Assembly (NCBI GenBank): GCA_965223505.1
Contig: CBDCWP010000042.1
Location: 1 to 64,000 of the forward strand
Length of the DNA: 64,000 bases
From: Planctomycetota bacterium
Lineage (GTDB): Bacteria; Planctomycetota; PLA2; JAEUHO01
Direction of reading: 5' to 3'
The notes beneath the pieces are model-generated. The model was not told where the DNA came from. It ran no database searches and saw only the letters and a list, made by a program, of their open reading frames with translations. A program made the position numbers and the translations under genes. Below are positions 51,513 to 61,414 of the stretch, piece after piece (the first letter of the stretch is position 1; every line of letters begins with the position of its first letter).

Positions 51513-52959
51513 CTAGAAACCGCGATACGCCACCTGCAAGGCGAGCAGCACGAGCGCCGTGTCGCCGACCTTCTCGCTCGTCTTGGCCTGGCCGTTGGGC
51601 AGCAGGCGCCCGATCAGCGCGTCCGTCGTGTCGTCCATCCAGCTACGCAGACGCGGTTTCGCCGCGCCTCGCTCGAGGTAGCGCAATGCGGAGCCGCGCG
51701 CCAGCTCGCCACCGACCGTCCCGTCCGACGCCTCGTCCGACGCGCTCGCGACCCAGGAGCCGAACCGCGCGCTCTCCTTGGCCGTCGCCTCGATCACCCC
51801 CGTGCGTGCCGCGGCGTCCAGCGCCCACGCGGCCCACACGTGCTCGGTCGCCGCGGCGTCGCGGTCGCGGATGTGTCGCGTCAGCGCCTCGATCTCGCGG
51901 GCGCGGTCCTCGGCCTCCGCTGCCGGCAGGCGTCCGTAGCTGAGCGTGTAGTCCTCGGACAGTGCGATGAGCGCAACGTCCACGCTATCGGCGTCGAGAC
52001 TCGTGCGCACGGCGCCGTCGCTCGCGAACGCATTCTGCCGCAGCCATCCGATGCCGCTGCGAACGACACGCTTGCTGGACGCGTCACCGCGGTCTTGCGA
52101 GCTCGTCCCTTCGCCCAGGAACGGCAGGAGCGCGCGCGCCGTCTGCTCGACCTCCGAACGGCCGCCCTCGGAAGCGAAGTGGCCGTCGGGCCGCTGGCGC
52201 GTGGCCAGGTACGCCAGTCCGCGGCGCACCGCGTCCAGCGTGCTCTCCGAGTCGCGACCGAGGCCGGCGAGGCGTCGCCGCTTGAACGACTCGGCCTTCA
52301 CCAGGATCGCGCGGCTGCGCGGGTGATGTACGAGGCCGCCGGCATCCGGCAGATCGAGATCGGCGACGGTCGGCCCGCCGCTCACGGCCGGCTCACCGTC
52401 GTCGAAGAGCCCTTCCTCCAGCAAGCGCGCGAACTCGCTCGGCTCCTCCATCTGCAATCGCTGCAGACGCTGCTCGGGGGCTGTCCCACGGCAGATCGGA
52501 GATCGGGCTGTAGTCCGTCATGAACGAACGCGAGCGCGCGATATCGCCCTCGTCGGCGTCCGGCATGGTGTAGATGATGAAACCCAACGCGAGCGCGTTG
52601 ATCGCCAAGGACGTCATGATGGCCGCACGCCAGCTCAGGCGCCGTGAGCGGACCGTCCGGCCGGACGCCGCGCGCGCGGCGCGGGCTTCGCTCGCCTTCA
52701 CGTGATCGATGATCCGGGCCGCGATCCGCGTCGCGTGCTCCGCGTCGCGGCGCACGCCGCGCGCCTGCTCGAACGCGAACAGCGCCCCGAGGCGGTCGTG
52801 CGCGGCGGCCAGCGCCGGCTCCGCGGCGATGCGCTCGCGCACGCTCCGGGCCGCGTCCGCGTCCAGCTCCCCGCGGAGGAGGTCGACCAGGAGCGCCTCG
52901 TCGGCGTCCGGCAGCTCGCCCGCGGGTCGGGCGCCTCGGTTCGGGTCGTCGCGGGTCAT
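51513..52959 (-). pseudogene. Anti-sigma-like membrane protein with prenyltransferase/squalene-cyclase-like alpha/alpha domain, split by a +1 frameshift near 52476-52480
   Basis: ORF 52393..52959 has EALLVDLLRGELD (anti-sigma-like) plus a TM; ORF 51513..52457 has AVRRGLAYLATRQRPDG and TARALLPFLGEG; removing one C of CCCCC fuses them into 481 aa. Confidence 0.65.
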
Positions 52960-53029
52960 CGGGAGAGGCCTGTTTCTCGGGGGTTGGGACGGAATTGGAC
53001 GGCTTGCCTACTCAAGGAACGAGAGGGGG

Positions 53030-53614
53030 TCATTGCGGTTCGATTCCTTCCCGTTCCAGGGCCCGCCGCACCTGGCGCACGGCGGCGTGCATACGGGACT
53101 TCACGGTCCCCACGGGGATGTCCAAGATGCGCCCGATCTCCTGGTAGCGGAGTCCCTCGACCTGCGAGAGGACGAACACCTCCCGGTGCTCGGCGCCCAG
53201 CGCCTCCACCGCGCGCTCGAGCGCCGCGGTGATCTCCTGCCCGCGAAGGGTCTCTTCGGGCGCCGCGTCGGGACCGGGCAGATCGCCCGCCCCGCGCCGA
53301 TCGCCGTCGTCGCCGCCCCGATCCACGGGCACGGTCGGCGGCTGCGCCTTGCGATGCCGGTAGACGTCGATCCAGTGATTGCGCGCGATGTGGAACAGGT
53401 ACGTGGTGAACTTCGCCCGCGCGACGTAGGACGCACGGGCCTTGTACACCTTTACGAAGACCTCCTGCGCACAGTCTTCCGCGAGGGTGGGATCGGCGCC
53501 CATGCGGCGAAAGTAGCCCTCGAGCCGCGGCAGAATGCGCACGACGAGCGTCTCGTAGGCGGCATCGTCTCCGGCCGCCACGCGCAACATGAGTTCGGTT
53601 TCGTCGTCGGCCAA
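53030..53614 (-). CDS. ECF RNA polymerase sigma factor
   Basis: AEDCAQEVF, KFTTYLFHIARN..ID, EGLRYQEI..IL.IPVGTVKSRMH; TTG start inferred. Confidence 0.93.
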   Translation of the reverse strand: MADDETELMLRVAAGDDAAYETLVVRILPRLEGYFRRMGADPTLAEDCAQEVFVKVYKARASYVARAKFTTYLFHIARNHWIDVYRHRKAQPPTVPVDRGGDDGDRRGAGDLPGPDAAPEETLRGQEITAALERAVEALGAEHREVFVLSQVEGLRYQEIGRILDIPVGTVKSRMHAAVRQVRRALEREGIEPQ

Positions 53615-53670
53615 GGAGGCCCTCGAGTCGGAGGGTCGGAGACGTCCGGTCCGTCGAACGCCTTCCCGAG

Positions 53671-53696
53671 CATACGGGCGGGACGGCCGAAGTTCC
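53671..53696 (-). promoter_or_regulatory. ECF-type (autoregulatory) promoter candidate
   Basis: GGAACTT...CGTA (GGAAC-N15-CGTA) about 60 nt upstream of the sigma gene. Confidence 0.5.
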
Positions 53697-53709
53697 TGGA
53701 ATCGGCCCG

Positions 53710-56700
53710 TCAGCGCGGCCGCGGACGCAGTGCGACGTCTGCCTCGGTGGTCGCGCCCGCGTCGATCGAGATCAGTACGCGCTCGACGTTGTAGGTGTCG
53801 CCGGCGTCGATGACGACCTCGTAGGTGTCGGGCTCGAGCTCCCCCACATCCAACACGCCCGTCTTCGGAAGGAAGCCCCACCGAGGATTCAACGTCAAGC
53901 GCGCGAGCGGCCGGCGGCGCGCGACGACCTCTTCCGTCCCGGCACGCAGGATGTCGATGCGTGCGCGCGTGACCGGGTCGCGGCCCGCGCCCGTCACGTA
54001 CAGCCGCAACGCCCCGGCGCGGCCCAGCGCGATCTCGAGCGGAAACGTCCCTCCCTCCGAGACGCGCACGCGTCGAAGCGTCGGACGGCCGTACCCGCGC
54101 GCCTCGACGCGGACGAAGACGTCCTGCGACGGTACGCCGGGAATCAGCAGCTTGCCGCGCGGTCCGGTCGAATAGGCATTGACGTGCAGCGGGACGCCGT
54201 AGTCGTCTTCGATCCAAACGCGCGCGCCGCTGACGCCGCGGCCCACCTCGTCGATCACTGCCAGGTCGATCTCGCCGCCGCGCCCGAGGACCACGGTGAC
54301 CTCTTGCGCCGCCGCGCCGACCTCGGCCTGGACGGACTCGAGCACGCCCGGCGGAAGTCCCGGCGCGGACACGTCGAGGGCGTACCACCCCGCCGGGAGG
54401 CCGGTCAGCCGGAAGCGGCCGCCGGGGTCGCTGCGCCCGCGCGCCACGACGGCGTCGTCGGACGGCAGCCCCTCCTCGTCGAGTGACCGCGCGAGCACCT
54501 CGGCGCCGGCGACCGCGTCGCCGAACGAGGTTTCGACGCGCCCCACGATCTGCGCCTCCCACGCCTCGAGATCCAGCACGACCCGATCGCCGTCGCCGAC
54601 GTAGACGTCGTGGTGAATGCGCGTCGAGCCGTCGCCGAGATACACGTGATACGAGCCCGGCAGGAGGTCGTCCCAACGGAAGGCGCCGCTCGCATCGCTG
54701 CGCGTCTGCATCCGTCGCATCGGTCCGTCGACCTCGACGCCGTCGGAGATCAGCTCGAGCAATGCGTCGGCCACGCGCTTGCCGCGCCGCTGCACGGTGC
54801 CTTCGACGGTCCCGCGCCCCTTGACCGCGAAGTCGACGGTGGCCGTCTCGTCTTCGATGACCTCGATCAGCGCCTCCGGCCGGTTGCCCATGCTGCGCCA
54901 GGTCTCGAGCGCCACGACGCACGCGCCCGGACGCACGTGCAGCAGCTCGAACGTCCCGTCGGCGCGCGTTCGCGTCTCGCGCGCCACCGCGGATTCCTCC
55001 AACCGGCGCAACGTGACGCGCGCACCGTCCATCGGACGACCGTCGGGCAGTACGGCCTTGCCGTTCACCGTTCCGCCGCGGCCGAGCACGAGCTCCGGCG
55101 TGACGAGGAACTCGTTCTCGACGACACGCACCTCCTGCATGTCCTCCGCGAACCCGTCGTCCGTCGCGTACACGCGCCACACGCCCGGCGCGACGTCTTC
55201 GAAGATGAACCCGCCGTCGGCGTCGGTGCTACGCACGTGCCGGTTGGTCGACGCCCCCGCCGGCATGTCTCCGGCGCCGTTGACGCGAACCAGCCGCACC
55301 TTCGCACCCAACACGGGAAGGTCGGCGGCATCCAGAACGGTCCCGGCGATGCGCGCGCCGACCGGAATCGGAAGCTCGATCTCGCGGACGTCCTCGTCGT
55401 GAATCAGCAACGAGAGCGCGCTGGAGTCGCGCAACCCTTGCACGGCGCGCAACCCGTACGGGCCCGGCGGCAACCCTTCGATGACGAACGCGGCGTCGGT
55501 GCTGCCGCCGGGCTTCGTATCGACCGCCAGCACCGACACCCAGCGATGGCGCTCGAGCCGCGGGTCGTAGCGGGGCGTCTCGACCTCGACGCGAACGGCG
55601 CCGCCGTCCGGGTCGATGCCCGTGACCGTCCCCTCGACCGCCAGCAAGGTGGGCAGCACGATCTCGACGTGCGTCTCGTCGCCCGGCATGACGCTGTCTC
55701 GGCGAGCGACGACGACGTCCGGACGCGAGGTCGGCGCCACCTCGATGTCGATGGCCACGGAACGCAGTGACGTCAGCTCGAACCGCCCGTCTTCATCGGT
55801 CTGCGCGCGCACGACGCCGCGGCCGTCGCGCGGCCGCGCCGCGACGTCGAACGTCGTCCCGCGCTTGCCGTCCGCCGTGAGCACCTGGCCGGTCACGGTG
55901 AGCGCCGGCGTGAGCGTGACGTCCCAGCGTTTGTGGGTCGCGGCGGCGGGCGCACTGAACGTGCGGGTCAACTCGATCCAGCCGTCGCCCCGAACGATGC
56001 AGGTCACGTCTTCCTCGGGCAGGTCGCGCATGGACGCCACGCCGTTCGTGTCCGTGAGCTCGGTGCGCCGGAGCGTCGCCCAGCCCTTGTGACCGCTCGA
56101 CGCCGCGTAGCGCGTCGGCAGTGCGTGCACGTGAACCCCCGACACGGGGCGGCCGCCGGAGTCCCGCGCGCGCACGACCAGCTCCCAGCCGGGGTTCATG
56201 CGAATCGGCGCCACGACGGTATCGCGCCGGCGCACGGCTTCGAACGGCTCCGAGGACGCCGGCGCGTACCCGCCGGCGGACGCGAGCACGCGGTACCCTT
56301 CGCCGGGTGAGACGCCGCGCAGGCGATACCGCCCGGACGCATCCGTCTTCACGGCGCGCACGACGGCGGCCTGCTCACCGTCGGGATCGTCGCTCGTCGC
56401 GTCGCGCACAAGTCGGACGTCGACACCGGCGAGCGGCTTCTTGTCCGCGTTCTCGACGACGCCGCGCACGTCGTAGCGGCGATACGCGAACCAAGGAGGA
56501 ATGCGAATCGGCTTGCGCAAGTTCAGCTCGATGCGCGGAGGCGCGGGATCGAACTCCCACTCCGCGCTCAGCAGCGCGATCTGGTAGATGCCCAGCGGGA
56601 GGTCCGAAGCGACGAACCGCCCCGTCTCGTCGCACGCGACCTCGCGCATCACGTCGGGCGCGCCCGGCAACGACTGAAAGCGGAGCGCGAGCCGCGACAC

Positions 56701-57348
56701 GCCGGCATCCCCGCCGCGGTCGGCGTCGAGCAGCCGGCCGCTGATCGACGCGCCGGTGGGCAGCTCCACATCCGGCGCCGGCGTCCCTGCGTCGACCTCG
56801 CCCAACGACTGGTACCGACCTTTCGCCCGCTTGAGCAACAGCTCCCAGCGACCTGCATGCAGCGAGTCGAAGCGATACGTGCCGCTCGCGCTGGTGCGCG
56901 TGCGGTGAACGAGGTCGGCATGCTCGTCGACCGGAACGGCGAGCACCTCGACGCGCGCGGCGGGCTCGCCGCGCGCGTATCGGATCCGCCCGGTGATCAC
57001 CTCCGCGAGAGAGAGGCGCACGGTCGCGCGATATGGATGCGCCGGAACGAGCACCGCCGCATGCCCGGGCGACCACACGACGAGCCGACCGGGCTGCGGC
57101 GTGCCGTCCCCGACGTCCTCCGCACGCCCGTCCGCCGGGGTCGTCGCGAGGGCCTCGAGATCGGCGGCGAAGACCGCGCGGTCACGCACCTTGTCGGTCG
57201 TGACGACGATCTGCGCGTTCGGAAACGGCCGTCCGTCGGGACCGAAAACCTGAATGCGCTGGGGTCGGACCGCTTCGTCCTCCGCGCCGGCGCGATGGGT
57301 ACAGACCAGCACGGCCAGGCACGCGACGAAAACGACGCTGCGGCGCAT
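53710..57348 (-). CDS. Secreted protein with many carboxypeptidase-regulatory-like (CnaB/transthyretin-like) repeats
   Basis: Repeated G.V.D..G.P..G..V...TD..G.F....L.PG.Y units; signal peptide; TGATG coupling to tsaE. Confidence 0.85.
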   Translation of the reverse strand: MRRSVVFVACLAVLVCTHRAGAEDEAVRPQRIQVFGPDGRPFPNAQIVVTTDKVRDRAVFAADLEALATTPADGRAEDVGDGTPQPGRLVVWSPGHAAVLVPAHPYRATVRLSLAEVITGRIRYARGEPAARVEVLAVPVDEHADLVHRTRTSASGTYRFDSLHAGRWELLLKRAKGRYQSLGEVDAGTPAPDVELPTGASISGRLLDADRGGDAGVSRLALRFQSLPGAPDVMREVACDETGRFVASDLPLGIYQIALLSAEWEFDPAPPRIELNLRKPIRIPPWFAYRRYDVRGVVENADKKPLAGVDVRLVRDATSDDPDGEQAAVVRAVKTDASGRYRLRGVSPGEGYRVLASAGGYAPASSEPFEAVRRRDTVVAPIRMNPGWELVVRARDSGGRPVSGVHVHALPTRYAASSGHKGWATLRRTELTDTNGVASMRDLPEEDVTCIVRGDGWIELTRTFSAPAAATHKRWDVTLTPALTVTGQVLTADGKRGTTFDVAARPRDGRGVVRAQTDEDGRFELTSLRSVAIDIEVAPTSRPDVVVARRDSVMPGDETHVEIVLPTLLAVEGTVTGIDPDGGAVRVEVETPRYDPRLERHRWVSVLAVDTKPGGSTDAAFVIEGLPPGPYGLRAVQGLRDSSALSLLIHDEDVREIELPIPVGARIAGTVLDAADLPVLGAKVRLVRVNGAGDMPAGASTNRHVRSTDADGGFIFEDVAPGVWRVYATDDGFAEDMQEVRVVENEFLVTPELVLGRGGTVNGKAVLPDGRPMDGARVTLRRLEESAVARETRTRADGTFELLHVRPGACVVALETWRSMGNRPEALIEVIEDETATVDFAVKGRGTVEGTVQRRGKRVADALLELISDGVEVDGPMRRMQTRSDASGAFRWDDLLPGSYHVYLGDGSTRIHHDVYVGDGDRVVLDLEAWEAQIVGRVETSFGDAVAGAEVLARSLDEEGLPSDDAVVARGRSDPGGRFRLTGLPAGWYALDVSAPGLPPGVLESVQAEVGAAAQEVTVVLGRGGEIDLAVIDEVGRGVSGARVWIEDDYGVPLHVNAYSTGPRGKLLIPGVPSQDVFVRVEARGYGRPTLRRVRVSEGGTFPLEIALGRAGALRLYVTGAGRDPVTRARIDILRAGTEEVVARRRPLARLTLNPRWGFLPKTGVLDVGELEPDTYEVVIDAGDTYNVERVLISIDAGATTEADVALRPRPR

Positions 57349-57917
57349 CAATCGAACACTCCCTGCGTCGCGGCCTCGAGCTTGCGCAGGACGGCACGCG
57401 CGTTCGGGCCGCGCGCCGTCAAGCGCACGGTGCGGCCGCACTCGGGGATCGCGCCGGGTTCCGGGGGCGGCGCCCCGTCCGCATCGTCCATCGCCAACGT
57501 GACCTCCAGCCGGTCGTCGGGGAGCGCGGCCGGCACGCGCTCACCCCATTCGACGCACGTCAGGCACCCTTTCCCGCACATCTCTTCGAAACCGGCCGCG
57601 TCGAGGTCCTCGGCCCCCTCGAGCCGATAGGCGTCTACGTGGTGGAGCTCGATCTGGGCGCCGGGCACCGGATACGAGCGCGCGATCGTGAACGTCGGGC
57701 TCACGATCGCCGTCTCCGCGGGAATGCCGATCCCGCGCGCGAGGCCGCGGACGAAGACGGTCTTGCCGACGCCCAGATCACCCGAGAGGCAGAGCACGAG
57801 GCCCGCGTCCGGCAGCGGCAGGCACGCCGCGCCCACGCAGCGTCCGAGCGCGAGCGTGTCCTCGGTCGTCGCGGTGCGAAGCGACAGCACGGGTTCGGTC
57901 TGGGTCACTTGACCCAC
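57348..57917 (-). CDS. tsaE: tRNA t6A37 biosynthesis ATPase TsaE
   Basis: LSGDLGVGKT, SPTFT, HVDAYRL, VEWGE. Confidence 0.94.
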   Translation of the reverse strand: MGQVTQTEPVLSLRTATTEDTLALGRCVGAACLPLPDAGLVLCLSGDLGVGKTVFVRGLARGIGIPAETAIVSPTFTIARSYPVPGAQIELHHVDAYRLEGAEDLDAAGFEEMCGKGCLTCVEWGERVPAALPDDRLEVTLAMDDADGAPPPEPGAIPECGRTVRLTARGPNARAVLRKLEAATQGVFD

Positions 57918-57918
57918 T

Positions 57919-58845
57919 CTACGCCTCGAAGTGGTCGTATCCGAGCGCGGGGAGCGGTTCCGTCCCGCTCGCGCGCCGAAGCGAGATCCGAGGCGCTTTC
58001 GTCACGCGCCCGATCGCGTGCAGGGGGACACCGCGATCGGCAAGCGCGTCGAGCGCGCCGGCGTCGAGGTCGTCGTGCGCGAGCAACAGCTCGAAGTCCT
58101 CGCCGTCGTGCAGGGCGTGCCAAAGCGGTTCGTGCTCGTCGTCCCGGACATCGGGATGGATCGGCACGGCCTCGGCATCGATGACGGCGCCCACCCCGGA
58201 CATGGCGCACAAACGGGGCACGTCGCGGCTCAGGCCGTCCGAGAGGTCCATCATCGCCGACGCGATCTCCTCGTCGGCAAGCACCTTGCCTTCCGCAACG
58301 CGCGGGTGGAAACGCAGGTGACGCCCGAAGATCGACCCACCGAGCGGTCCGGTGACGCTCAGCACCTGGCCGGGCTTCGCGCCCGCCCGGCCCACGACGC
58401 CGCCCGGTCCGGGCCGGCCGAACGCGGTGACCGACAGGACGAGCGGACCGCGCGCGACGTTCGTGTCGCCGCCGACGCACGGGCAGTCGAACTCCTTCGC
58501 GGCTCGGTCGAAGCCCGACATGAGCGCGTCGAACAGGTCCTCCGACGCCGGGCGCGGCATGACCCCGCCGACCAGGAAGCCCATCGGCGTCGCGCCGGCG
58601 GCGGCCAGGTCCGACAGGTTCACCGCCAGTGCCTTTCGGGCGGCCATCGCCGCGCCGCACCCGTCGAGCTCGAAGTGAACGCCGTCGACGAGCACGTCGT
58701 TGGTGAGCACCACCGTCTCGCTCCCGACGTCGATCGCGGCCGTGTCGTGACCGAGATCGAGCAGCACGTGGGACCGGTCGGGTCCGCTGCCGAATCGCGC
58801 GAGCGCTTCGGCGAGCAGCGCGTCTTCGCCGCGGCCGGGGCTCAT
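57919..58845 (-). CDS. thiL: Thiamine-monophosphate kinase
   Basis: GHDTA, DGVHF, AVNLSDLAAAGA, VGGDT, MMDLSDGL, GEDFELL, GYDHF. Confidence 0.94.
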   Translation of the reverse strand: MSPGRGEDALLAEALARFGSGPDRSHVLLDLGHDTAAIDVGSETVVLTNDVLVDGVHFELDGCGAAMAARKALAVNLSDLAAAGATPMGFLVGGVMPRPASEDLFDALMSGFDRAAKEFDCPCVGGDTNVARGPLVLSVTAFGRPGPGGVVGRAGAKPGQVLSVTGPLGGSIFGRHLRFHPRVAEGKVLADEEIASAMMDLSDGLSRDVPRLCAMSGVGAVIDAEAVPIHPDVRDDEHEPLWHALHDGEDFELLLAHDDLDAGALDALADRGVPLHAIGRVTKAPRISLRRASGTEPLPALGYDHFEA

Positions 58846-61379
58846 CGAACGTCCCGCGCGACGGTCTTGCCGTGGTCACTTCGCTTCTTGGCGTCGATCC
58901 ACAGCTGCGCCGCGCGCACCATCGCCCGCAGCTCCGAGCGCGGCATCTCGGGGTAGTAGCCGAGATCGGTCTCGCTGATGCGTTGGAAGATCAACACCCA
59001 TCGAACGACGACCTCGGAGCGCGGCTGCCGCACCTGCGACGCGCGGCGCAGTGCACGGGTCACGGCCTCCGCCACAGGAATCGCCGGCAGGGAGGTCAGA
59101 CGGTTGGCGATCACGTCACGCACGCGGACGTCGCGGTCCTTCTGGGTCGCAACCAGCGCGTCGAGCACCACTGGATCCCGGGGACCCACCTGCGCGAGCG
59201 CCTGCGCCGCGGCGAGTCGAACGCCCGCATCTTGCTCGGTCCGAAGCACCGTCATGAGCCGATCCTGGGCGCGGCGCCCCGACGCGCGGGCAACGGCGAA
59301 GCAGGCGGCCTGCCGAACGACGCCTTGGGGATCGTCCAGCCCCCGCGCCGCCAGCGCCTCGTGGCCGAACCGCCCCGCGACGAGCACGCCCTCCTTGCGA
59401 AGCAGCGACGCCGGATCGCGAATCACCCGCCCGAGCACCTCGGGGGTCACCTGCCCGTCTGCGACGAGCCGGTCGAAGGCCGCCCGGCGCACGCCGTACG
59501 CCCCGGATCGGATGTCGCGCAAGAAGCCGGGATTGGTGTTCAGCCACTGCGGGGCGATCGCGAACGCCGTCGCGCGCCAATGCGCCTTGGCCTGCGCATC
59601 ACCGACGGCGTCGGGAAGCGACGTCGCGAAAACGAAGCGCAGCTGCCCCAACGCGAGCGAGGCCGCCAACGCGTCGAGATCCCAACGCACGAACACCTCG
59701 GACGCGTCGCGCCACGTTTTCGAGAGGACCGCGCCGGTGCGTTTCGCGCCGCCGGTCTCGGCGATGAGCTTCACCGACCGGTGCCGCTCGGGCCCTCGCT
59801 CGGGCGGCAGCCGCTCGACGAGAATGTCGAACGCCGCGCGGCCCCCTTCGCGCACGTCCCGCGCGTTCTCCTCGGACGGATCCTCCAACCACGCGTCGAC
59901 GCGCAGCGCATTCGCGGCCCGGGCGGCCGCGGTGGACTCGGCCTGCGCGTCGTCGACGGCCGCCACGATGGACACGAGCTCGGGCGCCCGCGCTCGCTTG
60001 CCGAGCCGCTCGAGAAACCGAGCGGCCGCCCCGGGCCGGTGGTCCAGCAGCAGCAGGCGGATGTAGCGCTCCGTCGTCATCAGATCGAGCGCGTCGGCCC
60101 CGTCGCGCTCGATGCGCGCGCGCGTCATTCGCAACCAAGCGAGCGGATCCTCGTCGAAGCCGAGCAGAGGGTTGCGTGCGCGCAGCTGTCGTCGCGCGTC
60201 GCTCGCGGGGTAGTCGACGTCGAGCCGTCGCGTCCACTCGTGCGCGACGTTGGAGTCTCCGCCCGGGCGCGCCTCGGCCTGAATGCGCAACGCGATCGCC
60301 GCTGCCGGGTCGCGCAGGCGCCCGAGCTCTTCCTCCGGGAGGAAGCGCAACAAGGCGCGCGCCGCGTTCCAATCGCCTTCGTCCACCGCGCCGCGCGCGT
60401 TGAGCACCGTGACCTCGGCCTGGATCGACGGCGGCAGCGGCTCGGGCAACGACGCCAACATGCCCGCCCGTCCCGTATCCGCGAGCGCCTGCTCCGCGTC
60501 GAGCAGCGCGCGCCAGGGTCGCGCATCGAGCGGGAGGAAGCGTTCGCGCAGGGCCTCCCGGGCGGGACCGACCCAGGACGCGTCGGGCTCCTTGATGAGG
60601 CGCCGCAGAATCCAGTCGGGATCGTCGCCCTCGGCGGCGAAGGCGAGCAGCCGCGCCGCGTCGCCGGGTCGCCCGCGCGACGCGAGCAGCAACAGCACCG
60701 CGACGCCGGTGGCTTCGGCGGCCGCGGGCTCGTCGGCGGATACGATCGACGCCGTTCGGTCACCCAGCGAGCCGCGGCGATGAAGGCGCTCGATCCGCGC
60801 GTCGGTGTCGCTGACCGCCAGGGCGGCGGCGAGCGACGTCACCCACGCGGGCACGGGCTGATGACGCCATGCCGTCACCTCGAACACGCCGGCCGTCAGC
60901 GCGTCGATCAGCGTGACGTACGGCGTGCGCGTGCCCGCGACCAACGTGCGCGCGTTGACGGTGATCACGGGCCGCCGCAGCCCGTCGACGACCTCCGGCT
61001 TGATCTCGAACGGGCGGCGCTCGTCCGCGAGCGCGGCGAGCACGACCTTCGGCTGCGGCCCGTCGCCGAATCCGAGACCGGTCCGCTCGGCCATGCGTGT
61101 GAACGCCTCGCGCACGCGTACGTCCCATTGCGCCGCCAACACGTCGAAGCGCTCGTCGCCCAGGTACGGACCGGCGATCACGTTCGTCTCGACGCCGCCG
61201 AGCGCGCGCCTCGCCATGCGCGCGAGCGCGCTGTCGCCGCCCTCGGCTTCACCGTTGGGATCACCGGTGGCCGCGTCCGTGGCACCGGCCCCATCCGGCG
61301 CAGGCACCCCGCCCTGGCAGCCCGCCAACCCAACGGTCGTTAGGGTCAGGAAGACGGCGAGGGCGCAACGGACGCACAT
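58842..61379 (-). CDS. Lipoprotein with degenerate peptidase-MA-like domain and HEAT repeats
   Basis: Lipobox LAGC; TLIDALTA...VPAWVTSLAA; C-terminal HEAT repeats; CACAAT 7 nt before ATG. Confidence 0.7.
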   Translation of the reverse strand: MCVRCALAVFLTLTTVGLAGCQGGVPAPDGAGATDAATGDPNGEAEGGDSALARMARRALGGVETNVIAGPYLGDERFDVLAAQWDVRVREAFTRMAERTGLGFGDGPQPKVVLAALADERRPFEIKPEVVDGLRRPVITVNARTLVAGTRTPYVTLIDALTAGVFEVTAWRHQPVPAWVTSLAAALAVSDTDARIERLHRRGSLGDRTASIVSADEPAAAEATGVAVLLLLASRGRPGDAARLLAFAAEGDDPDWILRRLIKEPDASWVGPAREALRERFLPLDARPWRALLDAEQALADTGRAGMLASLPEPLPPSIQAEVTVLNARGAVDEGDWNAARALLRFLPEEELGRLRDPAAAIALRIQAEARPGGDSNVAHEWTRRLDVDYPASDARRQLRARNPLLGFDEDPLAWLRMTRARIERDGADALDLMTTERYIRLLLLDHRPGAAARFLERLGKRARAPELVSIVAAVDDAQAESTAAARAANALRVDAWLEDPSEENARDVREGGRAAFDILVERLPPERGPERHRSVKLIAETGGAKRTGAVLSKTWRDASEVFVRWDLDALAASLALGQLRFVFATSLPDAVGDAQAKAHWRATAFAIAPQWLNTNPGFLRDIRSGAYGVRRAAFDRLVADGQVTPEVLGRVIRDPASLLRKEGVLVAGRFGHEALAARGLDDPQGVVRQAACFAVARASGRRAQDRLMTVLRTEQDAGVRLAAAQALAQVGPRDPVVLDALVATQKDRDVRVRDVIANRLTSLPAIPVAEAVTRALRRASQVRQPRSEVVVRWVLIFQRISETDLGYYPEMPRSELRAMVRAAQLWIDAKKRSDHGKTVARDVR

Positions 61380-61414
61380 GGTTCCAATTGTGCCCCGCCG
61401 GCTTCACAAGGGGG

